DNA from: Rhynchopus sp. YZ270_cl-10
Taxonomy: Eukaryota
DNA: 64,000 bases
Direction of reading: 5' to 3'
Assembly (NCBI GenBank): GCA_964035575.1
Contig: OZ037838.1
Span: forward strand, 1,984,001 to 2,048,000
Shown here: positions 49,301 to 58,599 of the stretch, piece after piece
Layout: each line of letters begins with the position of its first letter
How positions within the stretch are numbered: the first letter of the stretch is position 1
The notes under the pieces: model-generated
Databases searched by the model: none
What the model saw: only the letters and a program-made list of their open reading frames with translations
Told to the model about the DNA's origin: nothing
Program-made: the position numbers and the translations under genes

Positions 49301-52300
49301 GCCGAGCGAGTGTTCTGCCCCTTCGACAAGTGCCGCCAGGGAATCCTGTCATCCTTCAAGGGTGAGGGGCTGTGCAGGAAGAGCATCCTGGACCACATGC
49401 GCCGGCACCAAGCAGAGGACTCTTATGTGTCGGACGACCTCCTCGGACACCTCGGGATGGCCCGCTGCGCCAATGATCAATGCGACAAAATCATCCCAGG
49501 TTCTAGAGAGTGGTGCAACCTATGTGAGGTGGCTTTTGGCGAGGCGGGTTTCACGGCCCCGGACCGACGTGATCGGGGCGGACTCACGGCCGAAGATGAC
49601 CTCCCTACTTTCGAGGCTATTGGCACCACGCGTGTGCAACTCAAAGGGGGCTGTCCGGAGGCTTACCTTGAGCAGTATTCGCGACTTTTCCTGAAGGTTT
49701 TGCTGGACATACTGTCACACCAAGACGAGCTCGCGTGGAAAAAATTTGCTTTGTTTTTCACGGTCCTCCACAGAGTGCGGTCGGATCGAGGGGGGGAGGG
49801 GCAGGCCAAGCGTCATTCTCGCGGTTGGGCGAAGGATTTGCAGCTCTGGGAAGAAGGGAAATTCGTCACTTTGTGGAACGACACCGTTGAGGGCCGCAAA
49901 CCTCCTGCTGCGTGGACTGACGGCGATACCGTAGAGGGGAAGAAGAAGCGAGCGGTGGCGAAGGCAAGGGCGGGTCTGCCAAGCCAGGCCATGACGAGCG
50001 CCACCAGCGCGGGTGTTGCCCCCCACACGAAGGTGACTTTGGAGAAGCTGGAGGCCAAGCACCCCTCACCCGACGCCGATCCGGGGGTTTTCGATTGGCC
50101 GGATACAGTTGACGTTCCGCCTGTGACGCCGCTTGAGTTGATGAAGGCCATGCGCAGCATGCCGCGATCGTCCGCAGCTGGCCCCTCCCACGTCACGGGA
50201 GCTCACCTCCGTACCCTCTGTTTGCAGCGTCGGGCTGGGTCTAAGGGCGCTCTAGGGGCCTTGGCGGCTGTACTCTCCTCGCTGGCCAAAGGGGAGGCCC
50301 CGCCTGAGGTGTCCCATTTCCTGGCAGGGGCGAACCTGGTTGCTTTACGGAAGTTGGCAAAGACTCCCGATCAGGAGGAGGATGTGCGGCCCATTGCCGT
50401 TGGAGACACGCTCAGACGGCTGGTGGGCAAGATCCTGGCGACTCGGGTGCGTACTCAGTCCCGTTCCATCTTCCTCAGGGGGAACCAAGTGGGAGTGGCA
50501 ATGCCCAGGGGTACTTCAGCGGCGGCGGATGTCATTGCGCAGTACGCAGAGCGCCACAAGGAGGATGACAAGGTAATCCTCAAAATAGATTACCGCAATG
50601 CCTTTAACAGCATTGATCGGACCGAGATGCTTCGCGCCGTGGATGCACACCTCCCCGAGCTGGCTCCCTGGGTGAGGTGGTGTTACATGTCTCCATCTTG
50701 CCTTTTCTTCGGCGAGGCCATCGTGAGGTCACAGAGGGGGGCTCAGCAAGGGGACCCCCTCGGTCCTCTGCTGTTTGCCCTCACCATACACCAAATGACG
50801 TTGGAGCTCCGTAGTGTGCCGGACTTGGATGGTACGTTGTGGTACCTGGACGACGGCTCCTTGCGTGGCCCCCCAGAGGCGGTGTACAAGGCATACCAGA
50901 TTCTGCTAGAACGCAGTGTCCGCCTGGGTCTGGAGGTGAACGAGAGTAAGTGTGAGCTCGTTGCGATGGGGGGTCTGACGGCGCAACAACTTGGACAGGT
51001 CGGCTTTGTGATCCGGGACGATAAGCAGCAGGGAGGGGAGGGTTTCAAGCTGCTAAGCCACACGGGTTTCGAATTTTTGGGTCTGCCGATTGGAACCAGT
51101 GCGTATTGTGAGGAGTACATGCTGGTAAAGATGGAGACAACGCGGTCTAACCTCAGGGCCCTCATCGAACTGGATGACGCGCAGGTGGCGTACTACATCC
51201 TGCGTTACTGCGAAGGCTTCTGCCGCATGGTTTTTTACATGCGTGGGGTGACGGTGGTGGCCACAAAGTACCTGGGGATTTTCGACGAGGAGATCGGCAA
51301 GTGCCTCGCTGCCCTCCTGCACGACGCTCACGGTAGCCTTCCGCAGCTCGCCAGGGACCAGGCTGCCCTCCCCATTGCAATGGGAGGTCTAGGGATACGC
51401 AGAACCCGGGATCACTGGTCGGCAGCAGCTCTTGCGTCCCAAGCTGGGAACTTCCAGTTGGCGCAAACCCTCGACCCACAGTACGCCTGGGATGCTCTGA
51501 GATGGAAGCATGCTGTTTCAGACTACAACGAGAGGGTGGACCTGAAGTACAAACTCAACACAGACCAGCCCACCCAGCTCCCTGTCCAGCAGAAGCTCTC
51601 GGCGGCTATTGTTGATGCGCAGGCAGACAAGCTCATGCTGGCCTTGAGCACGAGGGACCGTGCCCGCATGAAGTCCCTTCTCCTCCCCATGTCCGGGGCG
51701 TACCTCACAGCGATCCCCTCCAACGCCAACATGTTGGAGAGCACCACCTTTGCGGCGGTGACGCGTTTCCGGCTAGGAGTGGCCATCCATGTGCCGGACT
51801 CCGTCTGCTCTTGTTGCTCTGGTGCGGGGACGCAACTTAAGATGGACGCGTATGGGGACCACTCCTTCGCCTGTTCCCACAGGGGATGCAGAATCCGCCG
51901 GCATGATGCCCTGAAACTTGCTCTGGGGGAGGCCGCGACAGGTGCTGGTCTAGGCCCGGTGATCGAGCAGCGTACAGGGGAACCAGGTGAGGGTGGCCAG
52001 CGACCAGCTGACATTTACCTGCCAGGAGGCGTATCTGAGAGCGCGCCGCGGTGTTTGGATGTGACCCATGTCGCCCCGACCCTGCCCTCCTACCGCCGGC
52101 CCGCTGCGAAGTTTATTGGGTGGACGGCGAAGACTCAAGGTCAGAGGAAGAGGGAGAAGCACGAGTTGTACTGCCGGCACAGGATGTCCTTTTCGCCGGT
52201 GGTGTTTGAGGCCTTTGGCGGAGCTGGGGACGAGGCGAATTTGCTGTTAGCTCAGCTGGGTGGTCTGGCAAAAGATGTGTCTTCCCGTCTGGTGGGGTCG

Positions 52301-55264
52301 GCTGAGACGCGTATCCGCGAGCGGGTAGCTATTCGCTATCAGAAAGAAGTCGGTGCCTCTTTCCTGCGTAGGGGGGCTTTGTGCTTGGGGATTTCGACCA
52401 TTGGTTCCCACAAGGAAAGCGGAACCCCGGAAGAGACGGACCCCTTGGACATGGACCGGTACGCTCGCAGCAGCAGCGACGCAGTGGAGCCCCTCCTCGT
52501 GGACCCCAACGCGCCAGATGACGACATGGCGAAGGTGGACGAACCCGGGACGCGGAAGCGCAAGCGTGATGACCCCCAGCCCTACGCGGAGGAGATGTCT
52601 CACGATTGGGAGGGCACCAGGCACAGAGCGGAGTATGCACTGGATTCCCCTGGGGAGCAGGCGGAAGATGTGTGCGACGCGTGGGAGCAGCTCAGGGAAC
52701 AGGCACCTTCGGATTTGCCGTCCGCACTGTCGCAAGCGGCTACCCTGGGTGCGGCCCCAGTTCCGTGGGAGTTTGTTGAAGGGGATTGTGCTTTCCAGGC
52801 CCTGCTCCACGCAGCGAACGTGGACATGCCGGTTTTGGAGTTGCGCAAAGCCACAGTGGCCAAGGTCCAGGGCCGGCCTTTCCTTGCACGCAAGACCCAG
52901 CCGGATTTCCGCCGTTGGGCACGTCTGATGACGAGCGGGGACAGGGGGGACCAGCGGACTTGGGCGGACACGATTGCAGTGGCCGGGGCGGGTGAAGCGC
53001 TCGGGGTGGTGGTCGTCATCCTTAGCGACCATTACAGACCTTCGCTCTGGGTCCCCTATACTGGAAAGCCCACCAAAGTTGTACTCCTGCTGCATTCAGG
53101 GACAAAAACCTTGGACGACGGAACCGAGATCCCTGCGCACTACGCTCCCCTGCGACCGAACCCGCAGTGGGAGTTTTACATCCTCTCGAGCACTTCCTCA
53201 GGTATTGTCCACATGAAGGTTTGCGAGTCAGTGAGCGAAATGCAGTTCTGTGGGGCACAGGGGGAGGCGAATTTTGGTGTGGAATGCGTGCAATGTCAAT
53301 CGATATTCTTTCGATGTGACGCGCATTTCAGGTGTACTGCGTGTGGTACGGAGGTTTGTCTGCGGTGTGCCGAGGGTTCCAAGTTCTGCCATCTGTCGAA
53401 GGCAGGCGGGGTGGAGTTCCGCACCAGGGCGCCACCTGCCGCACAGCACGCTGCCGGTCCCAGGGGAGGGGCAGAGATGGAAGACGGGGAGACTCGCCCC
53501 CCGACCCCAACGACAGACCCGGCGGACACCCCCATGACGGACGACACTCCGGCGCCGGGTTTTGTGCGCCCAAAGGAGGAGACTCTGGAGGAAGAAGCCC
53601 CCGCCCGAGAAGAGAGTTTCGAGGAGGCGTCCCTCAGACAGCAGCTGGAGCAGGCACGCCGGGAGGCAGAGGCGTCCGCGGAGGCATTGCGGGAGGCGCG
53701 GCGGGGGGAGGAGGAACTTCGCGCCCAGTGTGAAGAAGAATGCTCTCGCTGGCGGCAGAAGTGCTGGGAAGCGGGCGAGGGAGATAAGGCGGCGAGGGAC
53801 GAGGCGAGAGAGCAGCTGTGGCAGTACGAGCAGCAGCTGCGACAGCAGTCTGAGGACGCGGCGCAGGTGGAGCAACAGCAGAGGGAGAAGGCTGCACGGA
53901 TGCAACAGCAGCAGCAACAAGCCGAGGTTTTGCGAGCTCAGTTGGAGCTACAGCAGCAACAGCTACATCAACAGCAGCAGGAGGAGGCTGCGCGGATGCA
54001 ACAGCAACACCGACAGGCGGAGGAGTTGAGAGCCCAGTTGGAACTGCAGAAGCAGCAGCTGCAGCAACAGCAACAACAACAACAACAACACCAGCCGCCC
54101 CCACTACAGCAGCTGCCACAGCAACAGCCCCCGCCGCAACAGCCGCAGCAGCAGCAACAACACCACCAACACCTACCGCCGCAACAGCCGCTGCAGAAAG
54201 AATCACACCAGCCGCAACAGCCGCAGCAGCAGCAACATCAGCAGCAGCAGCAACACCACCAACACCAACAGCCACTGCAGAAAGACCAACACCAGCCACG
54301 CCAGCCGCAGCAGCAACAGCAACACCAGCCGCAAGGGCCGCAGCAGCCGCAGCAGCAACAACACCAACCACTCCCTCCGCAACATCTGCAACACCCGGTA
54401 GATGGGGCTCAACCCCCCTGGCAGAAGAAGCAGGCGGGGTCTCCCCCCAAAGTGAAAATGGAGGCCGCTCCGACTGAATCCCCTCCCAAGGTGAAGATCG
54501 AGCCCCCGGAAGATCACAAGTCCCCCGAAACACCACCGCCTGTGCCTTTCAACGTGAAGCGTATGACGGACGAGAAGGCTCGGGAGACGGTCAGGGACAT
54601 CCTGAAGGAGGCGAACGAGGTTTGGAAATGGAAAAAGACGGACATCCACGTGCGGGAGGGCCTCTACCCTTGCCTCTCCATGGGTAACCCTGTCCCTTCC
54701 GGTGTGACCCAGTGGATCGACATGTTCCACTACAGACAGGGTAGGGGTAAAAGCTGTCTCCCTACTAGTCAGATGACCCTGATAGCTTTCAAGGAGTGGC
54801 TAGCGGTAATGCGGGCCGCCGGGGTGGCTGCGAAGTGGTCCAAGGAGGAGGTGTCCACGGCCGCAAAAACCCGGAACTCGCTGGTCTCGAACAAAGCCGC
54901 CCGCAAGGATTGGGACAAAGCCGTGCAAGAGCGACAGGCGCGAGAAGAAGCGTCGCGGCAGGGTCGAGATCCTCAAGCCCAGCCATCCCACCTTTCCTCC
55001 TCCTCCCCCAGCACAGGCAGTGGCAGCTACACCTCCAACGCCCAACCTGTGCCCTCCTCGTCCGTCAAGAAGGTAGAGCGCCCCGCTGGAGCTAGGACTG
55101 GAGACCGGTCATCCCAGGTGGTCGCAGGGGCCAGTGCCATTTTCCTGGAGAAAACGGCCTCGGCTCCGGTGCATGCGCGGCAGGCGCGAGTGGTACACCA
55201 GGAGGTGAACGTGCGCGCCCCCGGCCGCGGGGGAGGCGGCGGCAGGGGGACAAAGCGACGCTGA
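46355..55264 (+). CDS. Retrotransposon polyprotein: low-complexity N-terminus, OTU-like 1, C2H2/Cys zinc fingers, reverse transcriptase, CCHC, RLE, OTU-like 2, Cys-rich finger, coiled-coil/Q-rich region
   Basis: RT motifs: VRPIAVGDTLRRL, KIDYRNAFNSIDR, GAQQGDPLGPLLF, WYLDD (about 50839), GLEVNESKCE, LPIAMGGLG. CCHC: CSCC...DHSFAC...RRHD. RLE: RPADI...LDVT...K..KH...FSPVVFEAFGG. OTU-like: NDCGY...HFEYV (about 48770-49140) and GDCAF...WAD...HYAPL (about 52780-53150). The first in-frame ATG is 46355; the true start is uncertain. Confidence 0.9.
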   Translation: MCRWRAQVWAVALLCGAIDDGGALPNWTCSSTRSHRAAPDDSSNSSGGSKGGGSTTFRGIGYYYYSCSSGSFSSSTGTESSGKQSWGSNPSGVSGNGTYYSSAKSSGYFLRDSGGDVGRSDSSGRGGSSSSSRNSNHSNSSNSSTSISSSNSYYNSSCYSFGYSNCYNYYCSKSESTCNCNCNDYGMNNNSNCYSNSHHCCKSTSNSTNNCTCNNRKSYNYSSYSNCSSQGWSERVGAGGAGHGGGSVRSGYGVLDGDDDGPRPPGSSSSFSHKNLSNSLLSGGSGSPLPPHYYPIKRPFEPNNPSSYSFDSSNKNFCGGNTAKNCCHYRPHPPPPHDNPKKRHGMPNHFSGCNCDSSKNVLLGVLGRVPVSPLACSSGSSTTYSISNCSSNSTSVSIGAYSNTSSCSDANSNSNDYSSCSINIMGDGVRGMLVFGDSLEGLEGQSCCVTMRVWRTFLTPTFQKGNVKLELWFDWWCNLWEVFTSLRQPDPCWVAEAPEWGVFVSFAVLDLWKDRRAPTLSLLLLWLVGRRRPRRLCRGPRSLNWAKAQAGKLRRRKLRRRKAPCNRPPSPFAPAGSRSFRGADAVRGAVQCAAIWVLVVVGSELGRSAPHALGCVLFRDAELLGVGLLRGLCRLRRGGRWLEGVSERVRRWTGGIRVAASLVRASVLRVSQFSVSAAGWVWVAWSAGGFLAGVVALVGVARPLGWVLLLEVYRVATLMWTRRIGMAFGMLALSLLVLLSLLWRAVTPWDLLPAPADPKHPIGLSPYALSGGCANRESPAYHADAVVVDRVLTRYGAQRNVTSSTNDCGYLALHYWDSVAQPDVKALRKVVVDAATSVPDRMVQVLGSGLAVTEFVNGVSGTAHLNHMGLQLFATSQQKNIVVVQASEDDPLVLISPGCRFLTAAAIAKFQDTLDTVVISLCGSHFEYVSVGADNANSKESVAWKMRKAARDAVLDPAQKIGPIPTTTRTTAPLSTKLGNINAERVFCPFDKCRQGILSSFKGEGLCRKSILDHMRRHQAEDSYVSDDLLGHLGMARCANDQCDKIIPGSREWCNLCEVAFGEAGFTAPDRRDRGGLTAEDDLPTFEAIGTTRVQLKGGCPEAYLEQYSRLFLKVLLDILSHQDELAWKKFALFFTVLHRVRSDRGGEGQAKRHSRGWAKDLQLWEEGKFVTLWNDTVEGRKPPAAWTDGDTVEGKKKRAVAKARAGLPSQAMTSATSAGVAPHTKVTLEKLEAKHPSPDADPGVFDWPDTVDVPPVTPLELMKAMRSMPRSSAAGPSHVTGAHLRTLCLQRRAGSKGALGALAAVLSSLAKGEAPPEVSHFLAGANLVALRKLAKTPDQEEDVRPIAVGDTLRRLVGKILATRVRTQSRSIFLRGNQVGVAMPRGTSAAADVIAQYAERHKEDDKVILKIDYRNAFNSIDRTEMLRAVDAHLPELAPWVRWCYMSPSCLFFGEAIVRSQRGAQQGDPLGPLLFALTIHQMTLELRSVPDLDGTLWYLDDGSLRGPPEAVYKAYQILLERSVRLGLEVNESKCELVAMGGLTAQQLGQVGFVIRDDKQQGGEGFKLLSHTGFEFLGLPIGTSAYCEEYMLVKMETTRSNLRALIELDDAQVAYYILRYCEGFCRMVFYMRGVTVVATKYLGIFDEEIGKCLAALLHDAHGSLPQLARDQAALPIAMGGLGIRRTRDHWSAAALASQAGNFQLAQTLDPQYAWDALRWKHAVSDYNERVDLKYKLNTDQPTQLPVQQKLSAAIVDAQADKLMLALSTRDRARMKSLLLPMSGAYLTAIPSNANMLESTTFAAVTRFRLGVAIHVPDSVCSCCSGAGTQLKMDAYGDHSFACSHRGCRIRRHDALKLALGEAATGAGLGPVIEQRTGEPGEGGQRPADIYLPGGVSESAPRCLDVTHVAPTLPSYRRPAAKFIGWTAKTQGQRKREKHELYCRHRMSFSPVVFEAFGGAGDEANLLLAQLGGLAKDVSSRLVGSAETRIRERVAIRYQKEVGASFLRRGALCLGISTIGSHKESGTPEETDPLDMDRYARSSSDAVEPLLVDPNAPDDDMAKVDEPGTRKRKRDDPQPYAEEMSHDWEGTRHRAEYALDSPGEQAEDVCDAWEQLREQAPSDLPSALSQAATLGAAPVPWEFVEGDCAFQALLHAANVDMPVLELRKATVAKVQGRPFLARKTQPDFRRWARLMTSGDRGDQRTWADTIAVAGAGEALGVVVVILSDHYRPSLWVPYTGKPTKVVLLLHSGTKTLDDGTEIPAHYAPLRPNPQWEFYILSSTSSGIVHMKVCESVSEMQFCGAQGEANFGVECVQCQSIFFRCDAHFRCTACGTEVCLRCAEGSKFCHLSKAGGVEFRTRAPPAAQHAAGPRGGAEMEDGETRPPTPTTDPADTPMTDDTPAPGFVRPKEETLEEEAPAREESFEEASLRQQLEQARREAEASAEALREARRGEEELRAQCEEECSRWRQKCWEAGEGDKAARDEAREQLWQYEQQLRQQSEDAAQVEQQQREKAARMQQQQQQAEVLRAQLELQQQQLHQQQQEEAARMQQQHRQAEELRAQLELQKQQLQQQQQQQQQHQPPPLQQLPQQQPPPQQPQQQQQHHQHLPPQQPLQKESHQPQQPQQQQHQQQQQHHQHQQPLQKDQHQPRQPQQQQQHQPQGPQQPQQQQHQPLPPQHLQHPVDGAQPPWQKKQAGSPPKVKMEAAPTESPPKVKIEPPEDHKSPETPPPVPFNVKRMTDEKARETVRDILKEANEVWKWKKTDIHVREGLYPCLSMGNPVPSGVTQWIDMFHYRQGRGKSCLPTSQMTLIAFKEWLAVMRAAGVAAKWSKEEVSTAAKTRNSLVSNKAARKDWDKAVQERQAREEASRQGRDPQAQPSHLSSSSPSTGSGSYTSNAQPVPSSSVKKVERPAGARTGDRSSQVVAGASAIFLEKTASAPVHARQARVVHQEVNVRAPGRGGGGGRGTKRR

Positions 55265-55472
55265 GCCTCCCCCCTTTTTTCTTCTCCCATTTGTAATGTG
55301 TAGATTGTGAATTTTTTCCCCCATGTGTGTTTTTTCTATGGTTTTTTCTCCCCTTTCCCTTTCCCCTTTGTTCACAGCCCGGGTCTTTCCAGGAGTGTTC
55401 TCCTCTCAGGGCCCTCAGGGTGTTTTTTTTCCTTTTTTATTTCTCCTCCCCCATTTTTTCAGACAACAAGGA

Positions 55473-55476
<4 letters not shown>

Positions 55477-55508
<32 letters not shown>

Positions 55509-58156
55509 CCCTAGGCTCGACTTTTTTTTGTTCCACATCAAACTGGACAGGGCAAGGGGGGTACGTTTATAATGCACATGAAAGGCGCTTGGTCCGAGCG
55601 AAGCGAGGGCCAAAAGTCTTACAATCAGTACATGTGCCGGTTTAGTTAGAACGAGGCACAAAAGTGAATTAAACGAGGGAGATATTTGTCATCAGCATGT
55701 CGCCCTATTATGTATCGTTGTTTGCCGAGCGAAGCGAGGCATACAACTATATTTAGCTCTATGACAATTTGGGATAAAGGAGGGGTGAACATTAACACGG
55801 GAGAGGCAGGGGTGAATATAGACTGTCCAGTCTGTGTGGTTTTGCTGTATTTCCAGTATTGGTGCCCAGCTGGTTCTGGAGGGGAGGAAGGGGCGGGATG
55901 GGGCTTTCTTTTTACAATACGAAGTTCCTTTCTTGTTACTTTTGTTTTGTCTCTTGTAGTCTTTTTTGTTTGGATGATTAACGCCAGTAGCGACCCCCCA
56001 TGGAACTCGTAGGGGATGGGGTGGGGGAAAAAATCTCCGTCGCTTACTCCTAGGCCGACGCCCACAGACAAACCGCCTCCTTGGCTTACTCCTGACGTTT
56101 TCTGTGAGGGGGAAGATTTGGAATTTACATACAAGGGGCTTGACACCAGGGGGATTACACACATGTATCTAATGGGAGGGGTTGGGGGTAAAAAGGAAAC
56201 AGGGAACTAAACAGGTGTTGCTACACACAAAAGTTGGGGTGGGGGAAAATAACAGAGAAGGGAAGGGCAACAGTGCCCACATAAACCACAATCACAACCA
56301 ATCGCGAGGCCCTTCTATTTGAAGGTCGCCTCCATCATCAGCACCAGGACCGCCCTAAGCGCCCCGTACTGACTCGTCTGCCGTCCTCCGACGCGCCCCA
56401 GCTCCTCCCGCTGATCCCACCACGCGTCCAGCGCCTCGTACGCCACCTCCGGTGCCAAGGGAGTCATTCCCTCTCGCCTGGTCCCTCCCCTGGGGAAGAA
56501 GCAGTCCGCCCACTCTTCGACATTTCTCGGCACCCTGTCCCCTTCCTTCTGGCTGTGTGGGACTAACCCTTTCGCCTCCACATCCGACCCTCGCGAGATA
56601 GGGGGAGAAGGCCGCCTTGCTGTGGTCTCCGCAGACCTGTCCTCCACTACACCGGAGCGACGAGTGTGGTTCCCCTGCGCCCGCCGCGAAGTCCCAAGGG
56701 TGGTCAGCTTCGTCCTTCTTTCCGCGTGGGACTTAGCCGTCCATCCACCAGTCTTCGCTGAACCCAAGTGGTGGTCACCAGTCAGAGCTGTTGGTGTGGT
56801 GTTGTAGCTCTGCTCTGATGGCCCCCAGACGAAGGATTCTGCTGCGGTTGCGGTGTTGTTGTCCATGGTGGTGTCGTGGTCGGCGCAGTCGGCGGAATCC
56901 TCCTCATCCATAACCTCCTCCTTCACCTCCGTTGCCGCGTCCTGTGGGGGAGCTGGGTTGCTGTTGTAGTAGCTACCTCCCACTGTCTGCGGTGTTGTCG
57001 GCTGAACTGGCTGAACTGGCTGAACTGGCTTTGCCCTCAGCACACACTTTGCGTTGGCGCTCCCACATCCCTCACACCATGTGCGCTCGCAGGAACTACA
57101 AAACCAGTGGGGGACACTACATTCGGTGATGAGTGCGCAGTTTTCGCACGTGAGCAATTCCCCCTGTCTCCCCGGGCGCTCCTCCATCCGTGACAGCGCT
57201 CCGGTGCTGTGGCACTGCATCTCTGGAAGGGGGGTGTCGGGGGCAAGGCTTCGCAGATATGCAAACGTGTTGTCTGTCATGCATAACGGCGAGAAGTGGC
57301 CAGCCTCGTGAGCTCCTGTGTGCAGCACTGCTACGGCCCCGTTCGACTTGCTGGCTGGTCTATGGATGTGCACCTTAGAGTCCGATGACACGACCGCCAC
57401 AATGACTACCTGCAAAGCCCGTGCCAGACCCGCCAGTGCTGTCTGGTCCGCCCACGACCTGCGATCCCTGTTCCCTGCCAGGCTCATCCATCGCACCCAG
57501 GTCGCGAGGTCGGGCATCGCATTTCTCGCCAGGTCAGCATCTCTCTTCACTCTCTCCACCGCCAGGGACCGAAGGGTCGACGATGTCACCACCTTCCAGC
57601 TCCGCACTGACCAGCACACTGCGTCGAACGCACAGTCTCCTACTCGGAACGGCACGGGCACCTGCGGTCGGGACAGCCCCCACTTCACCAAGTTGGCCTC
57701 CAGTTCGCTGTGGGGGGTTGGGTCCTGTGCTGCTGTCTCTGGCGCCGTTTCCTTCTCGTTGCCTGTCTCTGGCTCCTCCTCCGCACTCACCCTGATGTCT
57801 CCCTGGTGGTCGTCTGTCACTTCCAGGTTAGGTAGATGGTCGGGGGGCAAGCGTATCAAGTCCCCCTCTTCCGGGTCGACGGTGGGATCTAAGTCCACAC
57901 GCTCTCGCAGAGGACCCCTCAGGCAACCAGTCAGAGACCCTCGATCCGTCGCGGCCTTCCCGATCTGTCGCTGCAGCGTCGTCCCTAGCCCCCAATTCCA
58001 CCTCTGTGACATCTCCACTCTGTTCCCAAGCTTCCTGTCCGCTGCGAAACGGAGCATCTGCTGCCATATCGACGCCGCCGCGGGTCCCAGACCTCCTGTG
58101 GTCTCCAGGGCGAAGGGTGTGAACGCCAGCCGCTCCGCCGCACACGCGTCACCATG
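55477..58156 (-). mobile_element. 3' part of a second, diverged CRE-like retrotransposon with ~0.8-kb 3' UTR and 30-nt poly(A)
   Basis: An ORF remnant ending at 56315, a UTR, and poly-T at 55477-55506 on the + strand. Confidence 0.8.
56315..58156 (-). pseudogene. C-terminal ORF of element 2: RLE end, OTU-like domain, Cys-rich finger, C-terminal domain
   Basis: HGDAC...FTPFALETTGG (RLE end); GDCAFDAV...SWADQTALAGLARALQVVIV...HFSPL (OTU-like); CENC...C..HWFCSSCERTWCEGC. Collinear with the C-terminal third of the long ORF. Confidence 0.85.
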
Positions 58157-58356
58157 NNNNNNNNNNNNNNNNNNNNNNNNNNNNNNNNNNNNNNNNNNNN
58201 NNNNNNNNNNNNNNNNNNNNNNNNNNNNNNNNNNNNNNNNNNNNNNNNNNNNNNNNNNNNNNNNNNNNNNNNNNNNNNNNNNNNNNNNNNNNNNNNNNNN
58301 NNNNNNNNNNNNNNNNNNNNNNNNNNNNNNNNNNNNNNNNNNNNNNNNNNNNNNNN
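58157..58356. other. Assembly gap (200 N)
   Basis: Run of N. Confidence 0.99.
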
Positions 58357-58599
58357 CGCAAACCCGCAAACCCGCAAACCCGCAAACCCGCAAACCCGTA
58401 AACCCGCAAACCCGCAAACCCGCAAACCCGCAAACCCGCAAACCCGCAAACCCGCAAACCCGCAAACCCGCAAACCCGCAAACCCGCAAACCCGCAAACC
58501 CGCAAACCCGCAAACCCGCAAACCCGCAAACCCGCAAACCCGCAAACCCGCAAACCCGCAAACCCGCAAACCCGCAAACCCGCAAACCCGTAAACCCGC
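58357..58599. repeat. (GCAAACCC)n octamer tract, about 30 copies
   Basis: Directly visible; two GTAAACCC variants. Confidence 0.95.

Larger units (their letters stand above)
46013..55476 (+). mobile_element. Non-LTR retrotransposon, RT plus RLE type, CRE/SLACS/CZAR-like; 5'-complete, 3' UTR interrupted at 55477
   Basis: A ribozyme-defined 5' end, one long ORF and a pyrimidine-rich 3' UTR that abuts the poly(A) of a second element on the opposite strand. Confidence 0.85.
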
